Below are positions 1 to 9,006 of a DNA stretch of 32,000 bases, piece by piece. Source of the stretch: Cupriavidus necator. Lineage in GTDB: Bacteria > Pseudomonadota > Gammaproteobacteria > Burkholderiales > Burkholderiaceae. Both the position numbers and the translations under genes were made by a program. How positions within the stretch are numbered: position 1 is the stretch's first letter; every line of letters begins with the position of its first letter. The notes under the pieces are model-generated. The model had not been told where the DNA came from and searched no databases. It saw only the letters and a program-made list of their open reading frames with translations. Location of the stretch: positions 2,880,001-2,912,000 of the forward strand of contig NZ_CP066018.1 in the NCBI RefSeq assembly GCF_016127575.1. The letters are read 5' to 3'.

Positions 1-1481
1 GCCCGTCCAACGACATCTGGGATCGCATCCGGCGCGGCTTTGCCATGCAGGACCTGGAGGGCACGCTGGTCGATGACCGCACCCAGTGGTATGCGCAGCG
101 GCCGGAATACATGGAACGGATGGTCGGGCGCTCAAGCCGCTACCTGTACCACATCGTAGAAGAGCTGGAACGGCGCAAGATGCCGACCGAGCTGGCGCTG
201 CTGCCGTTCGTCGAGAGCGCGTTCAACCCGCAGGCGCAGTCCACCGCCAAGGCGGCGGGCATGTGGCAGTTCATCCCGAGTACCGGCAAGTCGTACAACC
301 TGAAGCAGAACATGTTCCGTGACGAGCGCCGCGACGTGCTGGCCTCGACCGACGCCGCGCTGGACTACCTGGCGCGGCTCTACGATATGTTCGGCGACTG
401 GCACCTGGCGCTGGCGGCTTACAACTGGGGCGAGGGCGCGGTGTCGCGCGCGATCGCACGCAACCAGGCGCGCGGGCTGCCGACCGACTACGCCAGCCTG
501 CCCATGCCCAACGAGACGCGCTACTACGTGCCGAAGCTGCAGGCGGTCAAGAACATCATCGCCAACCCGGCTGCGTATGGCGTCAAGCTGCCCGAGATCC
601 CGGACCACCCGTACTTTGTCACGGTGACCACCTCGCGCGATATCGACGTGAACCTGGCGGCCAAGCTGGCGGACATGTCGGTAGAGGAATTCAAGGCGCT
701 CAATCCGTCGTTCAACCGGCCGGTGATCCTGGGCGCGTCCAACCCGCAGATCCTGCTGCCGTTCGATAACGCCGAGCGCTTCCAGTACAACCTGAACACC
801 TACCGCGGCGGGTTGTCGAGCTGGTCGGCGGTGACGGTGGACAGCCGCGAGCGTATCGAAGCGCTGGCGGCACGGCTGAACGTCGACGCCGATACGCTGC
901 GCGAGATCAACAGCATCCCGAAAGGCATGCGCCTGAAGGCCGGCTCGACCGTGATGATCCCGCGCTCGGGCCGCCACGACCAGGATATCAGCGCGACCCT
1001 GGCCGACAGTGCCATGCTGGCGATGGAGCCTGATTTGCCGGATGCGCGCCGCGTGGTGGTGCGTGCCGGGCGGCGCGACACCGTGGCCTCGGTGGCGCGG
1101 CGCTATGGCGTCTCGGCGGGGCAGGTGCAATCGTGGAACAAGCTCTCCGGCACCAAGTTGGTCGCCGGGCAGAGCCTGGTGCTGATGGTGCCGGTGCGCG
1201 GCGCCGGCGCGGTGCGGGCGGCGCGGGCCGAACAGGCCGACCGTGCCGAGCGCGCCGACCGTGCAGAGCGTTCCGAGCGAAGCAGCAAGGGCGGCATCGT
1301 GCGGGTCTCGGCCAAGGGCAAGGCGGGCAAGGCGGAGCCGCGCAAGCGCGTCACCGTCGAGGCGGCCTCGCGGCGCACGGCAGTCAAGGCGACGCCGGCG
1401 CGCGTGGTGCGCGAGTCCAAGCCGGGGCCGAACGTCAAGGCGTCGGCCAAGGCCGGCGCCAAGGGGGCCAAGGCCCGCTGA
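1..1481 (+). CDS. mltD: Membrane-bound lytic murein transglycosylase D-like protein, 5'-truncated by the window edge. It has an SLT catalytic domain, two LysM repeats and a basic Ala/Lys/Arg-rich C-terminal tail.
   Basis: The 45..1481 frame stays open back to base 3 (..PSNDIWDRIRRGFAMQDL..), so the N-terminus lies upstream of the window. SLT-type block: ELALLPFVESAFNPQAQSTAKAAGMWQFIPSTG ... LALAAYNWGEGAV. Two LysM-like blocks: DTLREINSIPKGMRLKAGSTVMIP and DTVASVARRYGVSAGQVQSWNKLSGTKLVAGQSLVLMVP. Confidence 0.85.
   Translation, partial: PSNDIWDRIRRGFAMQDLEGTLVDDRTQWYAQRPEYMERMVGRSSRYLYHIVEELERRKMPTELALLPFVESAFNPQAQSTAKAAGMWQFIPSTGKSYNLKQNMFRDERRDVLASTDAALDYLARLYDMFGDWHLALAAYNWGEGAVSRAIARNQARGLPTDYASLPMPNETRYYVPKLQAVKNIIANPAAYGVKLPEIPDHPYFVTVTTSRDIDVNLAAKLADMSVEEFKALNPSFNRPVILGASNPQILLPFDNAERFQYNLNTYRGGLSSWSAVTVDSRERIEALAARLNVDADTLREINSIPKGMRLKAGSTVMIPRSGRHDQDISATLADSAMLAMEPDLPDARRVVVRAGRRDTVASVARRYGVSAGQVQSWNKLSGTKLVAGQSLVLMVPVRGAGAVRAARAEQADRAERADRAERSERSSKGGIVRVSAKGKAGKAEPRKRVTVEAASRRTAVKATPARVVRESKPGPNVKASAKAGAKGAKAR
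1227..1283 (+). repeat. In-frame 18-bp tandem repeat inside the mltD 3' region: GCCGACCGTGCCGAGCGC / GCCGACCGTGCAGAGCGT, with degenerate partial copies on both sides. It encodes (A-D/E-R-A-E-R)n.
   Basis: Read directly. Unit 1 is 1236-1253 and unit 2 is 1254-1271 (16/18 identical). The flanks GCCGAACAG and TCCGAGCGAAGC are related. The protein reads RAEQADRAERADRAERSERS. Confidence 0.7.
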
Positions 1482-1521
1482 CGAATGCGGGCGCCGGCTG
1501 GTCCGCCGCATGGCGCAAGAA

Positions 1522-1552
1522 GGGGCGATGCCGTCGGCACGCCCCTTTTTTT
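1522..1552 (+). terminator. Rho-independent terminator downstream of mltD
   Basis: GGGGCGATGCCG-T-CGGCACGCCCC stem (one bulged base) followed by T8 (1546-1552/3). It lies 41 nt after the mltD stop. Confidence 0.8.
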
Positions 1553-1627
1553 CATGTGCCGGCCCCCGGGGCCCGCGCGCCCCTCTCCGAATCTGTGTCC
1601 ACGCGCACCCGCGCCGGTGGCAAACTA

Positions 1628-1648
1628 CGGTCATCATCACAATGACCG
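1628..1648. promoter_or_regulatory. 7-bp perfect inverted repeat CGGTCAT-N7-ATGACCG, just upstream of the prpE ribosome-binding site
   Basis: Read directly: CGGTCAT at 1628-1634, ATGACCG at 1642-1648. The SD GGAGGAGA is at 1657-1664 and the ATG at 1669. No function has been demonstrated. Confidence 0.3.
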
Positions 1649-1668
1649 CAGACGCGGAGGAGACAGAC

Positions 1669-3561
1669 ATGACGGCAAGCCATGCCGTGCATGCCCGTTC
1701 GCTGGCCGACCCCGAGGGGTTCTGGGCCGAACAGGCGGCGCGCATCGACTGGGAAACCCCGTTCGGCCAGGTGCTCGACAACAGCCGCGCGCCCTTTACG
1801 CGCTGGTTCGTCGGCGGGCGCACCAACCTGTGCCACAACGCGGTCGACCGCCACCTGGCGGCCCGCGCCAGCCAGCCGGCGCTGCACTGGGTCTCGACCG
1901 AGACCGACCAGGCCCGCACCTTTACCTACGCCGAGCTGCACGACGAAGTCAGCCGCATGGCCGCGATCCTGCAGGGCCTGGACGTGCAGAAGGGCGACCG
2001 CGTGCTGATCTACATGCCGATGATCCCGGAAGCCGCCTTTGCCATGCTGGCCTGCGCGCGCATCGGCGCGATCCATTCGGTGGTGTTCGGCGGCTTTGCC
2101 TCGGTCAGCCTGGCCGCGCGCATCGAGGATGCCCGGCCGCGCGTGGTGGTCAGCGCCGACGCCGGCTCGCGTGCCGGCAAGGTGGTGCCCTACAAGCCGC
2201 TGCTGGACGAGGCCATCCGGCTCTCGTCGCACCAGCCCGGGAAGGTGCTGCTGGTGGACCGGCAACTGGCGCAAATGCCCCGTACCGAGGGCCGCGATGA
2301 GGACTACGCCGCCTGGCGCGAACGCGTGGCCGGCGTGCAGGTGCCGTGCGTGTGGCTGGAATCGAGCGAGCCGTCGTACGTGCTATACACCTCCGGCACC
2401 ACCGGCAAGCCCAAGGGCGTGCAGCGCGATACCGGCGGCTACGCGGTGGCGCTGGCCACCTCGATGGAATACATCTTCTGCGGCAAGCCCGGCGACACCA
2501 TGTTCACCGCGTCGGACATCGGCTGGGTGGTGGGGCACAGCTATATCGTCTACGGCCCGCTGCTGGCCGGCATGGCCACGCTGATGTATGAAGGCACGCC
2601 GATCCGCCCCGACGGTGGCATCCTGTGGCGGCTGGTGGAGCAATACAAGGTCAACCTGATGTTCAGCGCGCCGACCGCGATCCGCGTGCTGAAGAAGCAG
2701 GACCCGGCCTGGCTGACCCGCTACGACCTGTCCAGCCTGCGCCTGCTGTTCCTGGCCGGCGAGCCGCTGGACGAGCCCACCGCGCGCTGGATCCAGGACG
2801 GCCTGGGCAAGCCCGTGGTCGACAACTACTGGCAGACCGAATCCGGCTGGCCGATCCTCGCGATCCAGCGCGGCATCGAGGCGCTGCCGCCCAAGCTGGG
2901 CTCGCCCGGCGTGCCCGCCTACGGCTATGACCTGAAGATCGTCGACGAGAACACCGGCGCTGAATGCCCGCCGGGGCAGAAGGGTGTGGTCGCCATCGAC
3001 GGCCCGCTGCCGCCGGGATGCATGAGCACGGTCTGGGGCGACGACGACCGCTTCGTGCGCACCTACTGGCAGGCGGTGCCGAACCGGCTGTGCTATTCGA
3101 CCTTCGACTGGGGCGTGCGCGACGCCGACGGCTATGTTTTTATCCTGGGCCGCACCGACGACGTGATCAACGTTGCCGGCCACCGGCTGGGCACCCGCGA
3201 GATCGAGGAAAGCCTGTCGTCCAACGCTGCCGTGGCCGAGGTGGCGGTGGTGGGCGTGCAGGACGCGCTCAAGGGGCAGGTGGCGATGGCCTTCTGCATC
3301 GCCCGCGATCCGGCGCGCACGGCCACGGCCGAAGCGCGGCTGGCATTGGAGGGCGAGTTGATGAAGACGGTGGAGCAGCAACTGGGTGCCGTGGCGCGGC
3401 CGGCGCGCGTATTCTTTGTCAATGCACTGCCCAAGACCCGCTCCGGCAAGTTGCTGCGGCGCGCCATGCAGGCGGTGGCCGAAGGGCGCGATCCGGGCGA
3501 CCTGACCACGATCGAGGACCCGGGTGCGCTGGAACAGTTGCAGGCAGCGCTGAAAGGCTAG
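1669..3561 (+). CDS. prpE: Propionate--CoA ligase (acetyl-CoA synthetase family), 630 aa
   Basis: ATG 1669 is preceded by GGAGGAGA. AMP-binding motifs: YTSGTTGKPKGV, DIGWVVGHSYIVYGPL, DNYWQTESG, GRTDDVINVAGHRLGT, LPKTRSGKLLRR. End-to-end resemblance to enterobacterial PrpE as I remember it (FWAEQA.RIDW..PF, TNLCHNAVDRH, C-terminal GRDPGDLTTIEDP). The ORF-track start at 1243 runs across the mltD terminator and is rejected. Confidence 0.8.
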   Translation: MTASHAVHARSLADPEGFWAEQAARIDWETPFGQVLDNSRAPFTRWFVGGRTNLCHNAVDRHLAARASQPALHWVSTETDQARTFTYAELHDEVSRMAAILQGLDVQKGDRVLIYMPMIPEAAFAMLACARIGAIHSVVFGGFASVSLAARIEDARPRVVVSADAGSRAGKVVPYKPLLDEAIRLSSHQPGKVLLVDRQLAQMPRTEGRDEDYAAWRERVAGVQVPCVWLESSEPSYVLYTSGTTGKPKGVQRDTGGYAVALATSMEYIFCGKPGDTMFTASDIGWVVGHSYIVYGPLLAGMATLMYEGTPIRPDGGILWRLVEQYKVNLMFSAPTAIRVLKKQDPAWLTRYDLSSLRLLFLAGEPLDEPTARWIQDGLGKPVVDNYWQTESGWPILAIQRGIEALPPKLGSPGVPAYGYDLKIVDENTGAECPPGQKGVVAIDGPLPPGCMSTVWGDDDRFVRTYWQAVPNRLCYSTFDWGVRDADGYVFILGRTDDVINVAGHRLGTREIEESLSSNAAVAEVAVVGVQDALKGQVAMAFCIARDPARTATAEARLALEGELMKTVEQQLGAVARPARVFFVNALPKTRSGKLLRRAMQAVAEGRDPGDLTTIEDPGALEQLQAALKG

Positions 3562-3638
3562 ATGGCGGGCTGAGGGCGTGGGATGCGGGTGCCGTGCGGG
3601 GCACTCCGCCTCCCGCCCTTGCCATCGGCCGTGATGCA

Positions 3639-3669
3639 GTCTAATATTTGAAGTATAAAATATTTAGAC
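3639..3669. promoter_or_regulatory. AT-rich imperfect palindrome GTCTAATATTT-N9-AATATTTAGAC; candidate operator/promoter of the downstream catabolic operon
   Basis: Read directly. The arms are GTCTAA(-)TATT and GTCTAA(A)TATT, identical apart from a one-base indel. It sits in the only strongly AT-rich stretch (about 3638-3680) of an otherwise GC-rich 171-bp intergenic region, 64 nt before ATG 3733. Confidence 0.45.
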
Positions 3670-3732
3670 ATCATCTAGATGGCGGTGTGATCCTGGGCAA
3701 AGGTGCCCGGCGCAGCCGGCAGGAGGCGACAG

Positions 3733-6087
3733 ATGCGAGTGCTTTGTATTGGTGGTGGCCCGGCAGGCCTGTACTTCGGGCTGCTGATGAAGCTGCAGGA
3801 TCCGGCCAACGAGGTCATCGTGGTCGAGCGCAACCGGCCCTACGACACCTTCGGCTGGGGCGTGGTGTTCTCTGACGCCACCATGGACAACCTGAAGCAA
3901 GCCGACCCGGTCAGCGCGGCCGAGATCAACGCGGCCTTCAACCACTGGGACGATATCGACATCCATATCGGCGGGCGCACCATCCGCTCCGGCGGCCATG
4001 GCTTTATCGGCATCGGCCGCAAGCGCCTGCTCAATATCCTGCAGGCACGCTGCGAGGCGCTGGGCGTGAAGCTGGTGTTCGAGACCGATGTGTCCGACGA
4101 CCAGGCGCTGGCGATGCAATACCAGGCCGACCTGGTGATCGCCTCGGACGGCCTGAACAGCCGCATCCGCACCCGCTACGCCGACACCTTCCAGCCTGAC
4201 ATCGACACGCGCCAGTGCCGCTTTGTCTGGATGGGCACGCACAAGCTGTTCGACGCCTTCACCTTTGCCTTCGAGAAGACCGAGCACGGCTGGTTCCAGG
4301 CGCACGCCTACCGCTTTGACGACACCACCTCGACCTTTATCGTCGAGGCCCCGGAGTCGGTCTGGCGCGCCGCGGGCATCGAGCAGATGAGCCAGGAAGA
4401 GGGCGTGGCCTACTGCGAGCGCCTGTTCGCGCGCTACCTCGACGGCAACAAGCTGATCACCAATGCGGCGCACCTGCGCGGCTCGGCGATCTGGATCCGC
4501 TTCCCGCGCGTGATCTGCCGCCAATGGGTGCATTGGAACACCTTGCCCGACGGCCGCCGCGTGCCGGTGGTGCTGATGGGCGATGCCGCGCACACCGCGC
4601 ACTTCTCGATCGGTTCGGGAACCAAGCTGGCGTTGGAAGATGCGATTGACCTGGCCGAGGAAATCCGTGGCAGGGGTCATGACGGCCTGCCCGATGCACT
4701 GTCGCGCTACGAAGCCACGCGCGGCGTGGAAGTGCTGAAGATCCAGAACGCGGCGCGCAACTCGACCGAATGGTTCGAGAACGTCGAGCGTTACGCGGGC
4801 AGCCTGCCGCCGGAGCAGTTCGCCTATTCCCTGCTGACCCGCTCGCAGCGCATCTCGCATGAGAATCTGCGCGTGCGCGATGCGGACTACGTGGCGCAGT
4901 TCGAGCACTGGCTGGCGCGGCAGGCCGGCGTGCAACCGGAAAGCCTGCAACTGCGCGAGCACCAGCCGCTGCCGCCGATGTTCACGCCGTTCCGCGTGCG
5001 CGGCGTCACGCTGAAGAATCGCGTGGTGGTGTCGCCGATGGCGATGTACTCATGCACCGACGGCGTGCCCGGCGACTTCCACCTGGTCCACCTGGGTTCG
5101 CGCGCGCTGGGCGGCGCCGGCATGGTGGTGGCGGAGATGACCTGCGTGTCGCCCGATGCGCGCATCACGCCGGGATGCCCGGGTTTGTGGAACGACGCGC
5201 AGCGCGACGCCTGGCGCCGCATCGTCGACTTCGTGCATGCCAACAGCGATGCGCGCATCGCCATGCAGATCGGCCACTCGGGCCGCAAGGGTTCGACCCA
5301 GCTCGGCTGGGAGGCAATGGACCATCCGCTGTCGGAAGGCAACTGGCCGGTGATCTCGGCCTCGCCGCTGCCCTACCTGCCGGGCGAGTCGCAGACCCCG
5401 CGCGAGATGACGCGCGCAGACATGGACCGTGTGCGCGATGACTTCGTCGCCAGCGCGCGCCGCGCCGCCGAGGCCGGCTTCGACTGGCTGGAACTGCATT
5501 GCGCGCATGGCTACCTGCTGTCGAGCTTTATCTCGCCGCTGACCAATACGCGGGAAGATGAATACGGCGGTTCGCTGGCCGCACGGCTGCGCTACCCGCT
5601 GGAGGTGTTTGCCGCGGTGCGTGAAGTGTGGCCGGAACACAAGCCGATGTCGGTGCGCATCTCGGCGCACGACTGGGTCGAAGGCGGCATCACCCCCGAC
5701 GATGCGATCGAGATCGCACGCGCGTTCAAGGCCGCCGGCGCCGACATGATCGACTGCTCGTCGGGCCAGGTCAGCCCGGACCAGGCTCCGGTCTACGGCC
5801 GCATGTACCAGACCCCGTTTGCCGACCGCATCCGCAACGAGGCCGGCATCGCCACCATTGCCGTGGGCGCGATCTTCGAGGCCGACCATGTCGACTCGAT
5901 CATCGCCGCGGGCCGTGCCGACCTGTGCGCGATCGCGCGGCCGCACCTGGCCAACCCGGCCTGGACGCTGCAGGAAGCGGCGCGCATCGGCTACCGCGAT
6001 ATCACCTGGCCCAAGCAGTACCAGGCCGGCAAGCGGCAACTTGAAACCAACCTGGAACGCGCCGCGGCGCAGGAGAAGCAGGGATGA
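3733..6087 (+). CDS. Bifunctional flavoprotein, 784 aa: N-terminal FAD aromatic-ring hydroxylase fused to a C-terminal Old-Yellow-Enzyme-type NADH:flavin oxidoreductase. Type: 2-aminobenzoyl-CoA monooxygenase/reductase, also named salicylyl-CoA 5-hydroxylase/oxidoreductase.
   Basis: ATG 3733 with AGGAGG at 3721-3726. N-terminal half: [14 protein letters not shown] (dinucleotide fold), [36 protein letters not shown]-terminal half: [57 protein letters not shown]. This fusion architecture is the one described for Azoarcus evansii 2-aminobenzoyl-CoA monooxygenase/reductase. Confidence 0.8.
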   Translation: MRVLCIGGGPAGLYFGLLMKLQDPANEVIVVERNRPYDTFGWGVVFSDATMDNLKQADPVSAAEINAAFNHWDDIDIHIGGRTIRSGGHGFIGIGRKRLLNILQARCEALGVKLVFETDVSDDQALAMQYQADLVIASDGLNSRIRTRYADTFQPDIDTRQCRFVWMGTHKLFDAFTFAFEKTEHGWFQAHAYRFDDTTSTFIVEAPESVWRAAGIEQMSQEEGVAYCERLFARYLDGNKLITNAAHLRGSAIWIRFPRVICRQWVHWNTLPDGRRVPVVLMGDAAHTAHFSIGSGTKLALEDAIDLAEEIRGRGHDGLPDALSRYEATRGVEVLKIQNAARNSTEWFENVERYAGSLPPEQFAYSLLTRSQRISHENLRVRDADYVAQFEHWLARQAGVQPESLQLREHQPLPPMFTPFRVRGVTLKNRVVVSPMAMYSCTDGVPGDFHLVHLGSRALGGAGMVVAEMTCVSPDARITPGCPGLWNDAQRDAWRRIVDFVHANSDARIAMQIGHSGRKGSTQLGWEAMDHPLSEGNWPVISASPLPYLPGESQTPREMTRADMDRVRDDFVASARRAAEAGFDWLELHCAHGYLLSSFISPLTNTREDEYGGSLAARLRYPLEVFAAVREVWPEHKPMSVRISAHDWVEGGITPDDAIEIARAFKAAGADMIDCSSGQVSPDQAPVYGRMYQTPFADRIRNEAGIATIAVGAIFEADHVDSIIAAGRADLCAIARPHLANPAWTLQEAARIGYRDITWPKQYQAGKRQLETNLERAAAQEKQG

Positions 6088-6887
6088 CGGGCAGCACGGG
6101 TTCATTGTCAGGGCGCCACGCGCTGGTCACCGGCGGCGGGCGCGGCATCGGCGCGGCAATCGCGCGCCGGCTGCTGGCCGACGGCGCCAGCGTGACGCTG
6201 CTGGGCCGCGATGCCGGCGCGTTGCAGGCGACTGTACAAGCGCTGCGTGAGGTCGCCCCCGCAGGCGCCGTAGTCTCCTTTGTCACGGCCGATATTGCCG
6301 ATGCCGACAGCGTGGCACGCGCCTTCGCCGCCGCCGCGGAACAGTCCGGCCCGGTGTCGATGCTGATCAACAATGCCGGCCAGGCGCACAGCGCACCGTT
6401 CCTGAAGACCAATGCCGCGCTGTGGCAGCGCATGCTGGACGTGAACCTGACCGGCACCTTCCTGTGCACGCAGGCGGCGCTGCCGGCGATGCTCGACGCG
6501 GGCTGGGGCCGTATCGTCAATGTGGCGAGCACGGCCGGACTGATCGGCTATGGCTATGTCAGTGGCTATTGCGCGGCCAAGCATGGGGTGATCGGCCTGA
6601 CGCGCGCGCTGGCGCTGGAAACCGCGGCCAAGGGCGTGACCGTCAACGCGGTCTGCCCGGGCTATACCGAAACCGACATCGTGCGCGACGCGGTGGCCAA
6701 TATCGTCGGCAAGACCGGCCGCACTGAAACCGAGGCCCGCGCTGAACTGGCCGCGCGCAATCCGCAGCGCCGCCTGGTGCAGCCCGAGGAAGTGGCCGAC
6801 GCCGTGGCCTGGCTGTGCCAGCCGTCCGCCGCGGCGATCACCGGCCAGGCAATCCCGGTGGCCGGCGGCGAGGTGATGGCCGGCTGA
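6084..6887 (+). CDS. Short-chain dehydrogenase/reductase (3-hydroxyacyl-CoA dehydrogenase-like), 267 aa
   Basis: [16 protein letters not shown] (TGxxxGIG), NNAG, catalytic YCAAKHG (YxxxK). The start overlaps the upstream stop in ATGA (6084-6087), which implies translational coupling. Confidence 0.8.
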   Translation: MTGSTGSLSGRHALVTGGGRGIGAAIARRLLADGASVTLLGRDAGALQATVQALREVAPAGAVVSFVTADIADADSVARAFAAAAEQSGPVSMLINNAGQAHSAPFLKTNAALWQRMLDVNLTGTFLCTQAALPAMLDAGWGRIVNVASTAGLIGYGYVSGYCAAKHGVIGLTRALALETAAKGVTVNAVCPGYTETDIVRDAVANIVGKTGRTETEARAELAARNPQRRLVQPEEVADAVAWLCQPSAAAITGQAIPVAGGEVMAG

Positions 6888-6919
6888 CAACGACAGAACA
6901 AGGACCTGAGAGAGAACCC

Positions 6920-7771
6920 ATGACAGAGATCGCACTCGACATGCGCCACCACAAGCGCAGCTTTGCCGGCTACCAGCCGGAGCACTTCCTGTGGTCGGTG
7001 TCCGGCGACGGCAAGGTCGGCACCGTGACGCTGAACCGGCCGGAGCGCAAGAACCCGCTGACTTTCGATTCCTACGCCGAGCTGCGCGATCTGTTCCGCG
7101 GCCTGTGCTATGCCAGCGACATCAAGGCGGTGGTGGTGACGGGCGCGGGCGGCAACTACTGCTCGGGCGGCGACGTGCACGAGATCATTGGGCCTCTCAC
7201 GCGCATGACCATGCCTGAGCTGCTCGACTTCACGCGCATGACCGGCGACCTGGTCAAGGCCATGCGCGCCTGCCCGCAGCCGGTGGTGAGCGCGGTCGAC
7301 GGCATCTGCGCCGGCGCCGGCGCGATGATGGCGCTGGCCTCCGACATGCGCCTGGGCACGGCGCAGGCCAAGACCGCGTTCCTGTTCACGCGCGTCGGCC
7401 TGGCCGGCGCCGACATGGGCGCGTGCACGCTGCTGCCGCGCGTGATCGGGCAGGGGCGTGCCAGCGAGCTGCTCTACACCGGCCGCTCGATGAGCGCGGA
7501 AGAGGGCCTGCAGTGGGGCTTCTTCAATGCGCTGCATCCGTCCGAATCGGTGCTGGCCCAGGCGCAGACGCTGGCCGCGCAACTGGCCGCCGGCCCGACC
7601 TTTGCGCATGGTGTGACCAAGAAGCTGCTGCACCAGGAATGGAACATGGGGCTGGACGAGGCCATCGAGGCCGAGGCCGAAGCCCAGGCCATCTGCATGC
7701 AGACGCGCGACTTCCGCCGCGCCTACGAGGCCTTCGTCGCCAAGACCAAGCCGGTGTTCGAAGGGGACTGA
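6920..7771 (+). CDS. Crotonase-superfamily protein (enoyl-CoA hydratase/isomerase family), 283 aa
   Basis: ATG 6920. Crotonase blocks: [55 protein letters not shown]. By-eye alignment puts [12 protein letters not shown] where canonical hydratases have G-x-P-E-x-x-x-G, so the first catalytic Glu may be missing. Confidence 0.75.
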   Translation: MTEIALDMRHHKRSFAGYQPEHFLWSVSGDGKVGTVTLNRPERKNPLTFDSYAELRDLFRGLCYASDIKAVVVTGAGGNYCSGGDVHEIIGPLTRMTMPELLDFTRMTGDLVKAMRACPQPVVSAVDGICAGAGAMMALASDMRLGTAQAKTAFLFTRVGLAGADMGACTLLPRVIGQGRASELLYTGRSMSAEEGLQWGFFNALHPSESVLAQAQTLAAQLAAGPTFAHGVTKKLLHQEWNMGLDEAIEAEAEAQAICMQTRDFRRAYEAFVAKTKPVFEGD

Positions 7772-7777
7772 AGCGCC

Positions 7778-8947
7778 ATGTCCGACAAGACCTATCTCGA
7801 CCTGCCGCTGTTCGACGACGCGCACCGCACACTGGAGCGCGAACTGGACGCCTGGTGCGCGCAACACCTCCATGTCGACCACAGCGATACCGACGCCGCC
7901 TGCCGCGCGCTGGTGCGCCAGCTGGGCGAGGCCGGCTGGCTGCGCTACTGCGTGCCGGCCGCGCACGGCGGCGCGCTGCCGGCGCTGGATTCGCGCTCGC
8001 TGTGCCTGCTGCGCGAGACCCTGGCGCGCCATGACGGCCTGGCCGATTTTGCCTTTGCCATGCAGGGGCTGGGCTCGGGCGCGATCTCGCTGGCCGGCAG
8101 CGATGCGCTGCGCGCGCATTACCTGCCGCGCGTGGCCCGCGGCGAGGCGATTGCCGCGTTTGCGCTGTCCGAGCCAGAGGCCGGTTCCGATGTGGCCGCC
8201 ATGCAGTGCAGCGCACGGCTGTCGGACGACGGCAGCCACTATGTGATCGATGGCGCCAAGACCTGGATTTCCAACGGCGGCATTGCCGACTTCTACTGCG
8301 TGTTCGTGCGCACCGGCGAGGCGTCGGGCGCGCGCGGCATCTCCGCCTTTGTGGTGGACGCCGATACGCCGGGCCTGACCATCGCCGAGCGCATCGACGT
8401 GATGGCGCCGCACCCGCTCGCCACGCTGCGTTTCGACGACTGCCGCGTGCCCGTGGGCAACCGGCTGGGCGAGGCGGGGCAGGGCTTCAAGGTGGCGATG
8501 ATGACGCTCGACATCTTCCGTGCCTCGGTCGCGGCGGCTGCGCTGGGCTTTGGCCGCGCCGCGCTTGACGATGCTCTGGCGCGCGCCTGCGCGCGCCCGA
8601 TGTTCGGCGGCGTGCTGGCCGACCTGCAGCTGACCCAGGCCGCCATCGGCGACATGGCCACCGCGATCGACGCCGCGGCGCTGCTGACCTACCGCGCGGC
8701 CTGGCTGCGCGATGTCAAGGGCCAGCGCACCACGCGCGAGGCGGCCATGGCCAAGATGGTGGCGACCGAGAACGCACAGCAGGTGATCGACCGTGCGGTG
8801 CAGATGTTCGGCGGCCTGGGCGTCAAGGTCGGCACGCGGGTGGAAAGCCTGTACCGCGAGATCCGCTCGCTGCGCATCTATGAAGGCGCCACCGAAGTGC
8901 AGAAGCTGATCATTGCGCGCGAGACGCTGGCCGGGCGCAAAGCCTGA
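7778..8947 (+). CDS. Acyl-CoA dehydrogenase, 389 aa
   Basis: [28 protein letters not shown], and C-terminal [16 protein letters not shown], which includes the YEG catalytic-base context. It starts 6 nt after the upstream stop. Confidence 0.85.
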   Translation: MSDKTYLDLPLFDDAHRTLERELDAWCAQHLHVDHSDTDAACRALVRQLGEAGWLRYCVPAAHGGALPALDSRSLCLLRETLARHDGLADFAFAMQGLGSGAISLAGSDALRAHYLPRVARGEAIAAFALSEPEAGSDVAAMQCSARLSDDGSHYVIDGAKTWISNGGIADFYCVFVRTGEASGARGISAFVVDADTPGLTIAERIDVMAPHPLATLRFDDCRVPVGNRLGEAGQGFKVAMMTLDIFRASVAAAALGFGRAALDDALARACARPMFGGVLADLQLTQAAIGDMATAIDAAALLTYRAAWLRDVKGQRTTREAAMAKMVATENAQQVIDRAVQMFGGLGVKVGTRVESLYREIRSLRIYEGATEVQKLIIARETLAGRKA

Positions 8948-9006
8948 CGCCCCCGCGTGCCACCCACGAACTGCCGTACCGATACAGAGCAGACAGGAGA
9001 CAAGCC

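Noticed and set aside
1243-1668. N-terminal extension of the prpE ORF; the track start at 1243 would give 772 aa
   Set aside because: The extension overlaps the mltD 3' end and runs through the mltD rho-independent terminator. It is Arg/Pro/Ala-rich. The PrpE-homologous sequence begins at ATG 1669, which has a strong SD.
132-1919. 595-aa minus-strand ORF. Similar long antisense or alternative-frame ORFs occur at 3664..4962, 5050..6105, 6662..8413, 8878..10401, 20490..22091, 22881..24200, 24561..25874, 25603..26829, 28434..30110 and 29866..31275.
   Set aside because: Each lies opposite to, or out of frame with, a gene that has clear family motifs. Their compositions are Arg/Gly/Ala/His-rich. 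They have no plausible RBS or start context and ignore the terminators and intergenic structure seen on the + strand.
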